From Candidatus Pyrohabitans jungbluthii (GTDB lineage Archaea > Hydrothermarchaeota > Hydrothermarchaeia > Hydrothermarchaeales > BMS3B): a stretch of 64,000 nt of DNA. The stretch's first letter is position 1. The number at the start of each line of letters is the position of its first letter. A program made the translations under genes and the position numbers. Shown here piece by piece: positions 1 through 9,009 of this stretch. The notes under the pieces are model-generated. The model did no database searches. It was given only the letters and a program-made list of their open reading frames with translations, and was not told the DNA's origin. The DNA is taken from assembly GCA_002010065.2 (NCBI GenBank), contig MTMD02000014.1, forward strand, positions 4,534 through 68,533. The letters run 5' to 3'.

Positions 1-732
1 GGGAGGAATACCACGAAGCCCTTAAGTAAAGACCCCTGGGTTAAAATGAGGAGTATAAGGATAATTATAGCGGCAATGCTGAGGGTGAAGGCGGCATCGC
101 GAATGAGAAGTTCAAAGAGGGTGACTCTCATGAGTGGATTCCCTGTTAGGAGAATTTTTACCCCAGCGGGTTTCTCAAGGTTTTCAATATCTTCCCTTAC
201 CGCATCCACCAGGGCTCTGTTCCGCTTTTCATCACTCCCTATGTCAGAGTAGGCGTAGAGCACCGTCGCGGTGTAGTCTCTGCTGTAGAAGTCTTTAAGC
301 TGAGGGATAAGCTCTAAAAATTTCCTGCTCTCCTCCAGGGTCTCAGGGATTCCGATTCTTGAGTAGATGATATAGTGGGAGAAAACAGAGCTTATCTCGC
401 GCTCCTCCTCCAGAGTTTTATGAAGCTCCGCCACCATTGAGAGAACCCTGGGGTCTCTTATGTCAGTCACCCTGTTAGGAGAATCGCTGTCTCTATCCAG
501 CTGGACAATGATTACTATGCTGTCGGAGCTTCCAAACTTTTCACCCACCTCCTTCATCTTCTCAATTACCTCAATGCCTGAGGGCAGCTCCTTGTTCAAG
601 TCGGTCTGAAGCCTCATCTGGGGCACGCCCAGAAGCATTATTGCAGTGAAGATTAAGGCGGCTATGGTGAGGGCACTGTAGTGCTTTGCCTGAAATCTTC
701 CAAGCCTGAGGAGAACAGCTCTCAGAAACATA
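1..732 (-). CDS. RND/MMPL-superfamily exporter, N-terminal part (gene runs off the window start)
   Basis: Hand translation of the minus strand from ATG at 730-732 gives MFLRAVLLRLGRFQAKHYSALTIAALIFTAIMLLGVPQM... An N-terminal TM helix is followed by a large soluble loop and a second TM helix (AAFTLSIAAIIILILLIL), the usual layout of predicted RND-type exporters. It is absent from the ORF track because it is open at the window edge. Confidence 0.55.
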
Positions 733-793
733 TTACCACTGCCAGTGGTTAATAGGGAAAAATAAATAAAGCTTCGCGTATATAAATTTTTTT

Positions 794-1528
794 ATGAACA
801 CTGTGCAAAATCTGAAGCTCTTTGGGCTTAACAAATATGAAGCCCTCGCCTATATTCAGATCGTTAAATCCGGCGTTGCCACAGCCAAGGAGGTGAGCAG
901 AGGCTCGGGGGTGCCCTACTCTAGGGTTTATGATGTTCTTGATTCTCTTGAGAAAAAGGGCTGGGTTCTTGTGGAGACCTCAAAACCCCAGCGCTACAGA
1001 GCCAAAAAGATCGACACCATTCTTGAAGAGAAAAAAAGGGAGGTTATGGAGGAGCTTGAAGAGGCGAGAGAGGAGCTTATCAAGGAGCTTCTTCCCTACT
1101 TCAGTGAGGATATAAGAAAGGTGGGTGTGTGGACAATAAGGGGCGTGAAGTCAATTCACTCTAAGGTTTTGGAGATTATTAGCTCCTGCAGAGAGAGGCT
1201 TGACATTGTAGTTCCTTTCCTTCCTGAGGGCTTGGAAGATGAGATAAGTGAGATAGTGGAAATTATCAGGGAAAAGGTGAAGGCTGGGGTGAGGCTAAGA
1301 GTTGTAGCCGGGGAGAAGATAGTGGAAAGGCTGGACCCAAAGCTCTGCGAGGTTAGGGTTTCCGGGGAGCGCATGGGCTGGGTAATTCTAGCAGACTCGA
1401 GGGAGGTGCTCTATGCTGTGCCCTCTTCACCTGGAGATGAAGTTGGCATCTGGAGCAATGAGCCTGAAATGGTGCGCATCAGCGGAATTATGTTCAACTA
1501 CCTATGGGAGGGCTCAAAGGAGGTTTAA
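794..1528 (+). CDS. TrmB-family transcriptional regulator
   Basis: The N-terminus LKLFGLNKYEALAYIQIVKSGVATAKEVSRGSGVPYSRVYDVLDSLEKKGWV is the characteristic TrmB winged helix. A C-terminal sensor-like domain follows. Confidence 0.8.
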   Translation: MNTVQNLKLFGLNKYEALAYIQIVKSGVATAKEVSRGSGVPYSRVYDVLDSLEKKGWVLVETSKPQRYRAKKIDTILEEKKREVMEELEEAREELIKELLPYFSEDIRKVGVWTIRGVKSIHSKVLEIISSCRERLDIVVPFLPEGLEDEISEIVEIIREKVKAGVRLRVVAGEKIVERLDPKLCEVRVSGERMGWVILADSREVLYAVPSSPGDEVGIWSNEPEMVRISGIMFNYLWEGSKEV

Positions 1529-1638
1529 CAATCACCTCAGGGTTGCATGGGCTTTTTCCGAAGGGTTCATAAGATTTATATATTAGGAAAGTCTTTACAA
1601 TAATATTGGGGGGAAATAATATTAGAGGGAGGAATTTC

Positions 1639-3105
1639 ATGAAAAAAGGATTAGTAGCGCTATCTTCGCTGCTGTTAGGTATTTTATTTATGGCGAATGC
1701 CGGTGCGACTGAGGCATGCATATCATGCCACAAGTCAGTCACTCCTGGCATAGTTGCCGACTACCAGCAGTCGAAGATGGCGGAGGAAGGAGTAACTTGC
1801 CTTGACTGTCACCAGGGCGACCCTGCTAAAGATCCCAGCGTAAGGGACCATAACGGCTACAAGATAACTCCAGTGGTATCTCCGAAATACTGCGAGAGGT
1901 GCCACGAAGAGCAGGTAGAGCAGTTTTTAAAGAGTAAACACGCTTGGACGGCATTCATAGGTCCCCTGAAGCCCTGGTACAATGAGATGGTCAGCCAAGG
2001 CAAAGACCCGCTCAAGCTTGAGACAGCCTTGGCGAACAACCCCAGAGACTTCATAAGGGACAAGCTCACACCGCTCTATCCAGACAGCGGTGCATTGAAG
2101 CGCGCTGGTTTGCTTGACCTGGAGAGCTACAACCACGAGAACCAGGTGCTGGGCTGTCTTGAGTGCCACGGCAGCTACGTCATAGCCAAAGACGGCGAGA
2201 TCCTTGACGGCTGGCCCAATGTTGGCGTGGGCAGGGTAAACCCAGATGGTAGCCTCGGCTCCTGCTCCGCATGCCACACTAGGCACAGTTTCAGCAGGGC
2301 AGAGGCAAGGAAGCCTGAAACCTGCGGTCAGTGCCACCTCGGCCCTGATCACCCGCAGATGGAGATATACGAAGAGAGCAAGCACGGCAACATCTTCTTC
2401 TCCATGGAAGACCACAGCTTCCTTGAGGAAGAGGAGCTGACGCCGGAGAATACCCGTGCGCCTACCTGTGCAGTCTGTCACATGAGCGGCTTCAACGGAG
2501 CAAAGACCACCCACGATGTTGGGGCAAGACTCTACTGGGAGCTTCAGCCCAAGAAATCAGTGCCCCAGTGGGACGATCCCAAGCTTGTGCCTCTGGGCAA
2601 GCAGAAACCTGATGAGGAGCAGGCTAAGCGCGGAAGGGCAGAGATGAAGAGGGTGTGCAGAGGTTGCCACTCCCCAGCATGGGTGGACGGCTACTTTGAA
2701 AGCTTCGACAAGGTGGTTAATGACTACAACAAGGTCTACGAGTACACTGAGAAGCTCCTTAACACTGCGTACGAGGAAGGCCTAATAAGCAAAGATAACC
2801 CCATCGATGAGATTCCAGAGGTAATGTACTACTACATCTGGCACCATGACGGCAGGCGCTGGAGAATGGGCGCCAGCATGATGGGACCAGACTGGACCCA
2901 CTGGAACGGTGCAGTGGATGCGCTGATGGACAAGCTCAACATGATGGAAGAATGGATCAAGATGCAGCGAGAGAATAAGCAGCTTGAGGAGCGCGTTGCT
3001 GCACTTGAGCAGCAGAAGGGAGTGTGCGGTCCAACAGCGGTTGCAGCTTTAGCTCTGCTGCCACTCGCTGGCTATGCTACACTGAGAAGAAGAAGGAAGC
3101 TTTAA
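1639..3105 (+). CDS. Octahaem c-type cytochrome, hydroxylamine-oxidoreductase (HAO)-like family, with signal peptide and C-terminal CGP-type membrane anchor
   Basis: Eight CXXCH motifs are present (CISCH, CLDCH, CERCH, CLECH, CSACH, CGQCH, CAVCH, CRGCH). HAO-like context motifs are CGQCHLGPDHPQMEIYEESKHG, PTCAVCHM and GPDWTHWNG. The start is placed at MKKGLVALSSLLLGILFMANAGA (ATG 1639, GGAGG-like site upstream). The tail is GVCGP + hydrophobic stretch + RRRRKL. Confidence 0.8.
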   Translation: MKKGLVALSSLLLGILFMANAGATEACISCHKSVTPGIVADYQQSKMAEEGVTCLDCHQGDPAKDPSVRDHNGYKITPVVSPKYCERCHEEQVEQFLKSKHAWTAFIGPLKPWYNEMVSQGKDPLKLETALANNPRDFIRDKLTPLYPDSGALKRAGLLDLESYNHENQVLGCLECHGSYVIAKDGEILDGWPNVGVGRVNPDGSLGSCSACHTRHSFSRAEARKPETCGQCHLGPDHPQMEIYEESKHGNIFFSMEDHSFLEEEELTPENTRAPTCAVCHMSGFNGAKTTHDVGARLYWELQPKKSVPQWDDPKLVPLGKQKPDEEQAKRGRAEMKRVCRGCHSPAWVDGYFESFDKVVNDYNKVYEYTEKLLNTAYEEGLISKDNPIDEIPEVMYYYIWHHDGRRWRMGASMMGPDWTHWNGAVDALMDKLNMMEEWIKMQRENKQLEERVAALEQQKGVCGPTAVAALALLPLAGYATLRRRRKL

Positions 3106-3128
3106 GCTTCCTACCTATTTTATTTTTT
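3095..3128 (+). terminator. Possible transcription terminator (short hairpin over the stop codon, then a T-run)
   Basis: The hairpin ggaagc-tttaa-gcttcc spans the TAA stop and is followed by tattttatttttt. Archaeal termination commonly uses oligo-T tracts. Confidence 0.3.
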
Positions 3129-3254
3129 AAAAATCTGCTTCCATTTTAATCATACACAGTGTGCTTACCAGCTTCTAATGCTTTATCCCGAGTTCATTTA
3201 AAAAGAGTGTTATGGGTTGATTGACAAAACGGAAATTCATTGAGAGATGGAAAT

Positions 3255-3902
3255 TTAATCCTCACCCTTAACCTCCCTCTCCAGCTCCTCAAAGAAGAGC
3301 TTCATAAATCTGCTCCTGCGCTCTGCTATCCTTCTACCAGAGGCGGTGAACATCCTATCCTTCAGTTTTGATAACTTCAGCTCATACTCTGTGCGCGGTG
3401 AGTACTCTTCAGCGTTCATCCCGGGATAAAAGCGCTCTTTTTTGGGTTCTTCCTCCCACAGGCGCTGACCATACCTGCCCCCGAAGAGGTACGCTCTGGC
3501 GATGCCAACCGCACCAGTGGCGTCGAGCTTGTCAGCGTCGCTTAACACCTTAGCCTCGAGGCTTTTGGGTTCTTCATTCTTCCTGAAGCGGTGGCTTCTA
3601 ATACATTCGGCAACTCTCCGAGCGAACTCCTCGCTTAAACCACGCTCCAGGAGAAGTTGCCTTGCTCGCTCCGCAGACGCTACAGCGTGGCAGTCCACCT
3701 CTCCTTTATCCTCCCTCGCGCGTTCAATGTCATGCAGAAGCGCAGCGAAGCGCACCACCTCGAGGTCAGCGCCCTCCTCCAAAGCCAAGCGCACCGCAAG
3801 TTTAAGCACTCTCTCCACGTGGTCAAAGGCATGGGCACCGCCAGCCTCCATCTCTCTTCTTACGTACTCGTACAGCTCCTGAAAAATTTCGTCAAAGCCC
3901 AT
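3255..3902 (-). CDS. HD-domain metal-dependent phosphohydrolase
   Basis: HAFDHVERV ... LLHDIER ... SDADKLD match the H..HD..D signature of the HD superfamily. Confidence 0.75.
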   Translation of the reverse strand: MGFDEIFQELYEYVRREMEAGGAHAFDHVERVLKLAVRLALEEGADLEVVRFAALLHDIERAREDKGEVDCHAVASAERARQLLLERGLSEEFARRVAECIRSHRFRKNEEPKSLEAKVLSDADKLDATGAVGIARAYLFGGRYGQRLWEEEPKKERFYPGMNAEEYSPRTEYELKLSKLKDRMFTASGRRIAERRSRFMKLFFEELEREVKGED

Positions 3903-3910
3903 AGTCTCGC

Positions 3911-4813
3911 CTAGAGAGTGGTAACCTCACACCCATCGCTGGTCACTATTACAGTATGCTCCGCCTGCGAAACTGCGCAGCGCTGCTTCTCCCTCAGGAT
4001 TTTGTAGGCATATATTGCACCCGAGTATGCAAGCTCTCGGAGGGCGAAGTGAAGCTTGTGCTTGGGTGCGAGGTGAGCAATCCAGCGCTCCGCGAAGGGC
4101 AACGCACCAAAGTTTTCCTTCACGTAGGCGAGAATAAGCCTGGATTCTTTAAGCCTTAGAGGTCTGTCCTTCAGGTAGCGGAAGATTATCGCCTCGCTTT
4201 CGTCCACAACCCTGCCGAAGCCAGAGGTGGCGAAGGGTTCAATCGCGAAGACGTCGCCTTCGCGCAAAACGTCGCCGTGACGCGTTTTGATATTGGGGAT
4301 GGTGATACCTCCATGTAATGAGTAGCGTCCCAGCTTGTGCCCCGTCAGGTTCTCCACAGGCTTAAAGCCGTAGCTTTTTATGGTCTCCTCAACCACAGCG
4401 CCTATTTCGTTGGTCTTTATCCCTGGCTTAATCACCTCTATTGCGCGCTGAAGTGCCTCTTCACTCGCCCTTATTAGCTCATTCTTATCTCCACCTACGA
4501 CTATGCTTTTTGCAATATCTGCGATGTAGCCGTCGATATGCACGCCTATGTCAAGCTTTACCAAGTCACCCTCTGCAAAGGTGGAGTCGTCCCAGGCGGT
4601 GGGTGAGTAGTGCGCTGCAATGTCGTTGACAGAGATGTTCACAGGAAAAGCCGGCTCCGCCCCTCTCTCCTTAATCTCTGTTTCCACAAAATTAGCCAGG
4701 TCGAGGAGCTTCTCACCAGCTTTAATCCTCTTCAGCGCTTCGCGCATAACTCGCTTTGCAATCTCTCCTGCTTTGACGTAGTTTTCATACGCTTCCTCTT
4801 CCATGCACACCAT
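3911..4813 (-). CDS. map: Methionine aminopeptidase, type 2 (archaeal)
   Basis: AFPVNISVNDIAAHYSP, DIGVHIDGYIADIA, GHKLGRYSLHGG, FAIEPFAT and QAEHTVIVT are the conserved metal-ligand blocks of MetAP2. Confidence 0.9.
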   Translation of the reverse strand: MVCMEEEAYENYVKAGEIAKRVMREALKRIKAGEKLLDLANFVETEIKERGAEPAFPVNISVNDIAAHYSPTAWDDSTFAEGDLVKLDIGVHIDGYIADIAKSIVVGGDKNELIRASEEALQRAIEVIKPGIKTNEIGAVVEETIKSYGFKPVENLTGHKLGRYSLHGGITIPNIKTRHGDVLREGDVFAIEPFATSGFGRVVDESEAIIFRYLKDRPLRLKESRLILAYVKENFGALPFAERWIAHLAPKHKLHFALRELAYSGAIYAYKILREKQRCAVSQAEHTVIVTSDGCEVTTL

Positions 4814-4856
4814 CTCTGCGCCTCAATTATATAAAGGTTGAAGCTAACCTAGTAAT

Positions 4857-5915
4857 ATGCGCCCGGCTTTGCTTGTGCTCATCCTATTCCTGGGGTGCAT
4901 TTCAACGCCAGATGAGACTGAAAGCAACGCTACCATGCAGGAGCCTGTAGCAGTGGCTGGGGTGGGGGATTACGTGGTGGGAGAGTACTCCCTACACGAT
5001 TACGACCTATTCCTCATGAAGGAGAGATTTGAAGAGGTGCTGGGCGATGGAGAGGTTCTCCCTGGAATAGAGGAAGCGTTGATAGGGATGAAGGTGGGTG
5101 AGTCCAAGGAAGTAGAACTCCCACCCGAGAAAGCCTTTGGTTTGAGGAACGCCAGCTTACTTCACTGGGAGCCTAGGGCATTCACGCTCCCAAAAAAAAT
5201 TAACCTCTCCTGGGAGGAGTTTCGCGAAGCTTTTGGCTCAGCGCCTGAGGAGGGGGCAGCCTTTGAAAGGGGCTGGCTCAGAATGCGTGTTATTAAGGTG
5301 GGGCAGAGCCACGTGCTTCTGGAGCGTGAGCCCCTTTATAGCAAAGTCAATATCACCGGCGGGGTGATACAGATTACCCAGAACGCAACCCACATAAACT
5401 ACTTCTTCACTCCCAAGCTCAACCTCACAGTAATCGACGCCAAGGGCGAGTTTGTGACTTACCGCGACGCCAACGCTACGCATGTGCTCGTGGATAGGAA
5501 CCATCCCCTCGCAGGAAGGAGTTTAAGTGCAGAGGTTAAGCTTCTGAAGCTTGTTAAGAAGGAAGAGCTTGAAAAGATGCGCATCTCCTGGCGGGAGGAT
5601 ATTAGCGAAGCAATACGCGAGGCTGTGGGCACAGATAGGGTGGTTTTGGTATACTTCTACTCGCGAGACTGCGAAGGGTGCGCAGCTATGGAGGAGGCTT
5701 TCCAGGATGCGAGGCTTCGCCTTCTCGCGGATGATTTAATCTTCGTAAGGCTCGACCTGGAGAGAGAGGCAAACCTGGCGGCAAGGTATGGTGTAGCGAG
5801 GGCACCCGCCATCGTAATCCTGAACAGCAGTGGCGAAACTCTTGCCAAACTTGAGGACGAACTTTCGGCTCAGGAGATTAAGCAGACCCTGCGAGAGCTG
5901 GGAGTTATTTTCTGA
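4857..5915 (+). CDS. Predicted extracytoplasmic lipoprotein: SlyD-type FKBP peptidyl-prolyl isomerase fused to a thioredoxin-like CxxC domain
   Basis: The lipobox-like signal is LILFLGC. The FKBP halves are GDGEVLPGIEEALIGMKVGESKEVELPPEKAFG and NHPLAGRSLSAEVKLLKL, separated by an insert-in-flap region. The C-terminal thioredoxin fold is VLVYFYSRDCEGCAAMEE...ARYGVARAPAIVILNSSGE. I counted eight N-x-S/T sequons. Confidence 0.65.
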   Translation: MRPALLVLILFLGCISTPDETESNATMQEPVAVAGVGDYVVGEYSLHDYDLFLMKERFEEVLGDGEVLPGIEEALIGMKVGESKEVELPPEKAFGLRNASLLHWEPRAFTLPKKINLSWEEFREAFGSAPEEGAAFERGWLRMRVIKVGQSHVLLEREPLYSKVNITGGVIQITQNATHINYFFTPKLNLTVIDAKGEFVTYRDANATHVLVDRNHPLAGRSLSAEVKLLKLVKKEELEKMRISWREDISEAIREAVGTDRVVLVYFYSRDCEGCAAMEEAFQDARLRLLADDLIFVRLDLEREANLAARYGVARAPAIVILNSSGETLAKLEDELSAQEIKQTLRELGVIF

Positions 5916-6516
5916 GCACAGCCTCTATCTCCTTTTTGCTTATCTTCCCCTCCCTTAGTACTTCCCCGGTTTCAGGGTCGTAGATGGTTGATGGGACCCT
6001 CTCGGCGAGCTTTCCTGCGTCTATTACTAGGTCTACATCGCTTAGCTGAGCCATCGCCTCCTCTGCAGAAATTGGTGGAGCTTTTCCAGAGATGTTTGCG
6101 CTTGTAGCTACGACTGGCTTGCCTAGCGCCGCAATAATCTTCAGCGCAAGCTCATTCGCCGGGATGCGTACCGCCACCTTTGCCGAGCCAGAGGTTACAA
6201 TGTCGGGAAGATTTTTCTTTTTTAGGAGCAGGGTAAGGGCACCTGGTAGCATGGCTCTGGCGAGCTTCTCCGCCTTTTCGTCGAGCTCGCAGTATTCCTG
6301 CATCATTTCAAGGCTGGCGACGGCTATTGGGAGAGGCTTTGAGAGAGAGCGGCGCTTTATCTCAAACACCCGCTTCACAGCCTCTGGATTGGTTGCATCG
6401 CAGCCAAGGGCGTAGAGCGTGTCGGTGGGGTATACCACAATCCCGCCTTTGCTAAGGATGCGCGCAGCCCTCTCAATCACGCCCTCTTCCTCTGCACTAA
6501 TCACAAGCATGCTCAT
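5905..6516 (-). CDS. L-threonylcarbamoyladenylate synthase, YrdC/Sua5 family (YrdC-domain only)
   Basis: GGIVVYPTDTLYALGCDA, VKRVFEIKRRSLSKPLPIAV and VATSANISG are YrdC-domain blocks. Confidence 0.85.
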   Translation of the reverse strand: MSMLVISAEEEGVIERAARILSKGGIVVYPTDTLYALGCDATNPEAVKRVFEIKRRSLSKPLPIAVASLEMMQEYCELDEKAEKLARAMLPGALTLLLKKKNLPDIVTSGSAKVAVRIPANELALKIIAALGKPVVATSANISGKAPPISAEEAMAQLSDVDLVIDAGKLAERVPSTIYDPETGEVLREGKISKKEIEAVLRK

Positions 6517-6581
6517 TCATACCTCTTGCTATTGTTAACCGGAAAAAAGATAAATACGAGAGGTGTAATTATCCTTCGCAA

Positions 6582-6655
6582 GGGCCGGTGGTCTAGTTGG
6601 TTATGACGCCAGTCTCACACACTGGAGGTCGGCGGTTCGAATCCGCCCCGGCCCA
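6582..6655 (+). tRNA. tRNA-Val (anticodon CAC)
   Basis: A manual cloverleaf gives acceptor GGGCCGG/CCGGCCC, anticodon arm CCAGT-CTCACAC-ACTGG and T arm GGCGG-TTCGAAT-CCGCC. No CCA is encoded. Confidence 0.9.
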
Positions 6656-6801
6656 TCGCTTACAGTTCTGGAAAGTTTGATAAGTGGCTCATAACATGCC
6701 TTCCCTACTTCTGCCAACTTCTTACTAAATTTACTAAGGTGCTCGGGATTAGCCAAAGCTGCACCGGCAAACCTTAATATCAGTGAGGGAGATTTAGACC
6801 C

Positions 6802-7473
6802 ATGGAGCTAGTGGACCTAACATGGAAGGAGGTGGAAGAATATCTTAAGAAGAGGCAGGACATACTTCTTCCCGTTGGTGCGGTGGAGGAGCATGGGTAT
6901 CACCTTCCTCTTTCTACGGACGGAGACATAGCAAGAGCGGTGTGCGCTGAGCTGAGCAGGAGAACCGGCGTCCTCGTCGCTCCAATAATCTGGTACGGAT
7001 ATTCCAAGTCGACGCGTGGGTATAGCGGCACAGTTATGGTGGGGAAGGATGAGTTAAAGAATTATATTCGCAGCATACTCGAAGGCTTCGCGGAGAGCGG
7101 CTTCAGGGTAGTTTACATTGTATCTGGTCACTTCAGCAATGACCACCTGCGTGCCATTGAGGATGCTGCAGAGGAAGTTAGAGAGATTAAAGCCAAGCTC
7201 CTCGATTTTTCAAATCTTGATTTCTCAGACATCCTGGAGAGTGAGCCCCTACACGCTTGCGAGGCAGAAACCTCTTTAATGCTCTTCCTGCATCCTGATA
7301 AGGTGCAAATGGACAAGGCGAAAGACGAAGAGATTGCTTACGAAGGAGACATGCTCAGAAAAACTCAAAGCGGGGTTTTTGGGACCCCCTCTTTAGCCAC
7401 GAGGGAAAAAGGTAGACTGCTTTTTGAGCGAATAATTTCGGAGCTTGGAAAACAGGTGCAATTTTATTACTAG
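6802..7473 (+). CDS. Creatininase-family amidohydrolase (archaeal ArfB-like deformylase family)
   Basis: LPVGAVEEHGYHLPLSTDGDIA and the later HACEAETS block match the creatinine amidohydrolase fold. Its size (223 aa) fits the archaeal members. Confidence 0.7.
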   Translation: MELVDLTWKEVEEYLKKRQDILLPVGAVEEHGYHLPLSTDGDIARAVCAELSRRTGVLVAPIIWYGYSKSTRGYSGTVMVGKDELKNYIRSILEGFAESGFRVVYIVSGHFSNDHLRAIEDAAEEVREIKAKLLDFSNLDFSDILESEPLHACEAETSLMLFLHPDKVQMDKAKDEEIAYEGDMLRKTQSGVFGTPSLATREKGRLLFERIISELGKQVQFYY

Positions 7474-7479
7474 AGTATC

Positions 7480-7497
7480 ACGGGCCTGCCGGGATTT
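7480..7497. repeat. Distal copy of an 18-bp direct repeat identical to the tRNA-Arg 3' end (att-like site)
   Basis: acgggcctgccgggattt at 7480-7497 is identical to 11021-11038. The latter covers the discriminator base, 3' acceptor strand, T-stem and part of the T-loop of the minus-strand tRNA-Arg. Confidence 0.85.
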
Positions 7498-7716
7498 ATA
7501 CCAGTTTGGGTATAGGTCCACGACTTAAAGCCCCACAATGCAAACGATTTTGTTTAACTTACTCACATTTGATTGGGTAAATTCTCCGTATCTCTCTTTT
7601 TTAATTTCAAACATGTGGATATATAACTTTCGTTCGTTTGCGCTCATTTTAATCTCCTCGGGAACTCTTGAGCAGATTAAGAGCACAGATTGGACCTTGC
7701 ATTAATCAAGAATAAA

Positions 7717-8147
7717 CTAAACCCCTCTCCTCTCCATGTACTCTTCTATTCTAACCATAAACTCCTCCACATCTCCAAGGCTGTCCTCCACAATATTCAT
7801 GATATACCTCATATCAGCCTCCCAATACCTGTGGATAAGAAGATTCCTGAACCTTGCCATCTTTGCAAGCTTCTCTGCCAGCTCTTTGGGGATAACCTCA
7901 TGCTTTCCCAGCGTTATGAACATCTCTGCATACTCCTCAGCCCTCTCAAACCTCTCCGCTGAGATTATGTGGTTGGCGATGTCTATGCAGGTTCCACTAT
8001 CTCAAAAAGAGAGAATTTCAAAGCCTGAGAATCCTTATAACTTGCCTCTATCTCCTCCGGAGGCATGCCCGAATAGTTTTCCTGAATAAATTTGAGATTT
8101 CTCTCAATAATGTCAAACTTCGCCTCTATTATGTCTCTGTCTATCAT
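7717..8147 (-). pseudogene. hepT: HepT (DUF86) toxin gene, frameshifted
   Basis: The ATG at 8145-8147 overlaps the MNT stop (ATGA). Translation MIDRDIIEAKFDIIERNLKFIQENYSGMPPEEIEASYKDSQALKFSLFEIVEPA runs into TAG at 7982-7984. The DUF86 sequence continues in another frame (CIDIANHIISAERFERAEEYAEMFITLGKHEVIPKELAEKLAKMARFRNLLIHRYWEAD...). A one-base frameshift therefore lies near 7985-7995. Confidence 0.7.
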
Positions 8148-8530
8148 GCTCTGAGCCTCATTCTGTCGTACTCCCTGTAGTGAGGAAGGAAGTCAATATA
8201 AGCTTTGGTAACATGGGTTTCAAAAGCAACCCTGGCTCTCTCATCCCTGGAAAAGATAAGCTGTCCGTACCTCAAAACCTGGTTGAGAAACCTCAGGGGT
8301 TTTTTATTTAGAACCACCACCTCCACTCTTCTTAAATTGCACCCCCTCTCAATCTCCATGGCAATTTCTATCTCATAAAACGCTCCGGGTTTGAAATCTT
8401 CCAGTAGAAAAATTCCTATATCTATATCGCTTTCTATTCCAGCCTCGCCTCTGGCTACAGAGCCGTAGAGGTAGGCAAAGAGTATCTCGCTGTGCTTTTC
8501 CAGCACCCTGGCGATTCTGTCCAACTCCAT
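8144..8530 (-). CDS. mntA: MNT-type nucleotidyltransferase antitoxin (partner of HepT)
   Basis: MELDRIARVLEKHSEILFAYLYGSVARGEAGIESDIDIGIF carries the GS-x10-DxD nucleotidyltransferase motif. The start is placed at the internal ATG 8528-8530. The 54-aa N-terminal extension in the ORF track looks spurious. Confidence 0.8.
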   Translation of the reverse strand: MELDRIARVLEKHSEILFAYLYGSVARGEAGIESDIDIGIFLLEDFKPGAFYEIEIAMEIERGCNLRRVEVVVLNKKPLRFLNQVLRYGQLIFSRDERARVAFETHVTKAYIDFLPHYREYDRMRLRA

Positions 8531-8540
8531 ATTTACGTTC

Positions 8541-8897
8541 TTGTATAGAAGAAATAAAAAGATTGCCTTCTTCCAGTTTTTTTCGAGGTACTTTGGTCTG
8601 ATGAAGGGCGCTGAGTGGACTCTGCATGAAAGGGCAGGGAATGATTTCGACCAAGCTAATGTGTTGGTTGAGCTGTTAAGGGCTTCTGGCATACCTGCCT
8701 ACTTTGTCTACGGCACGGTGGAGATGCCTGTGGAGAGGGCGAGGGCTTGGCTTGATGTTAAAGATGCAAACGAGGTAATAGAAGCTTTTCAGAGGAATGG
8801 TATTCCAGCCAGGCTGGAAGGGGATAATATAATCTTTGAGCACGTATGGGTGGAGGCGTACATTCCCTTTGTGGAAAGGGAATTCTTCAGGTTCTAA
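8541..8897 (+). pseudogene. Fragment of a transglutaminase-like (papain-fold) protein
   Basis: ERAGNDFDQANVLVELLRASGIPAYFVYG ... FEHVWVEAYIPF resembles the G-x-C-x-DFA...RA.GIPAR...H.WVE core. Only about 100 aa remain, and the catalytic Cys position appears to be Asn. The fragment has about 60% GC, unlike its AT-rich surroundings. Confidence 0.45.
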
Positions 8898-9009
8898 ACA
8901 AACCATAGAGCAGCTCGCTCATGGGGACTCCTCTTTTACACGATACAGCATATATTTAAGTGGTGAAAGAACCGATAATTAACATGCTAGGATAGAAGAG
9001 GGGAAAGTT

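Noticed and set aside
46-252. A 68-aa plus-strand ORF at the window start.
   Set aside because: It is antisense to the clearly coding RND/MMPL-type gene that occupies 1-732 on the minus strand.
1927-2514. A 195-aa minus-strand ORF inside the HAO-like cytochrome gene. Similar long antisense ORFs occur at 12999-13781, 17034-17657, 24122-24835, 26637-27239, 27503-28174, 32207-32764, 43136-43858, 57448-57984 and 59929-60576.
   Set aside because: All lie fully inside well-supported genes on the opposite strand. Their translations are low-complexity and rich in Ala, Arg, Ser and Leu, which is typical of shadow ORFs in GC-rich coding DNA. None shows a recognisable motif.
7540-7659. A small minus-strand ORF (about 39 aa, MSANERKLYIHMFEIKKERYGEF...) at the distal edge of the tRNA-Arg island.
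   Set aside because: It is too short, has no recognisable motif or ribosome-binding context, and cannot be supported from sequence alone.
8531-8692. A 54-aa N-terminal extension of the MNT nucleotidyltransferase ORF in the track.
   Set aside because: The MNT domain begins at the internal MELDRIARVLE. The extension has no family resemblance and overlaps the transglutaminase-like fragment on the other strand.
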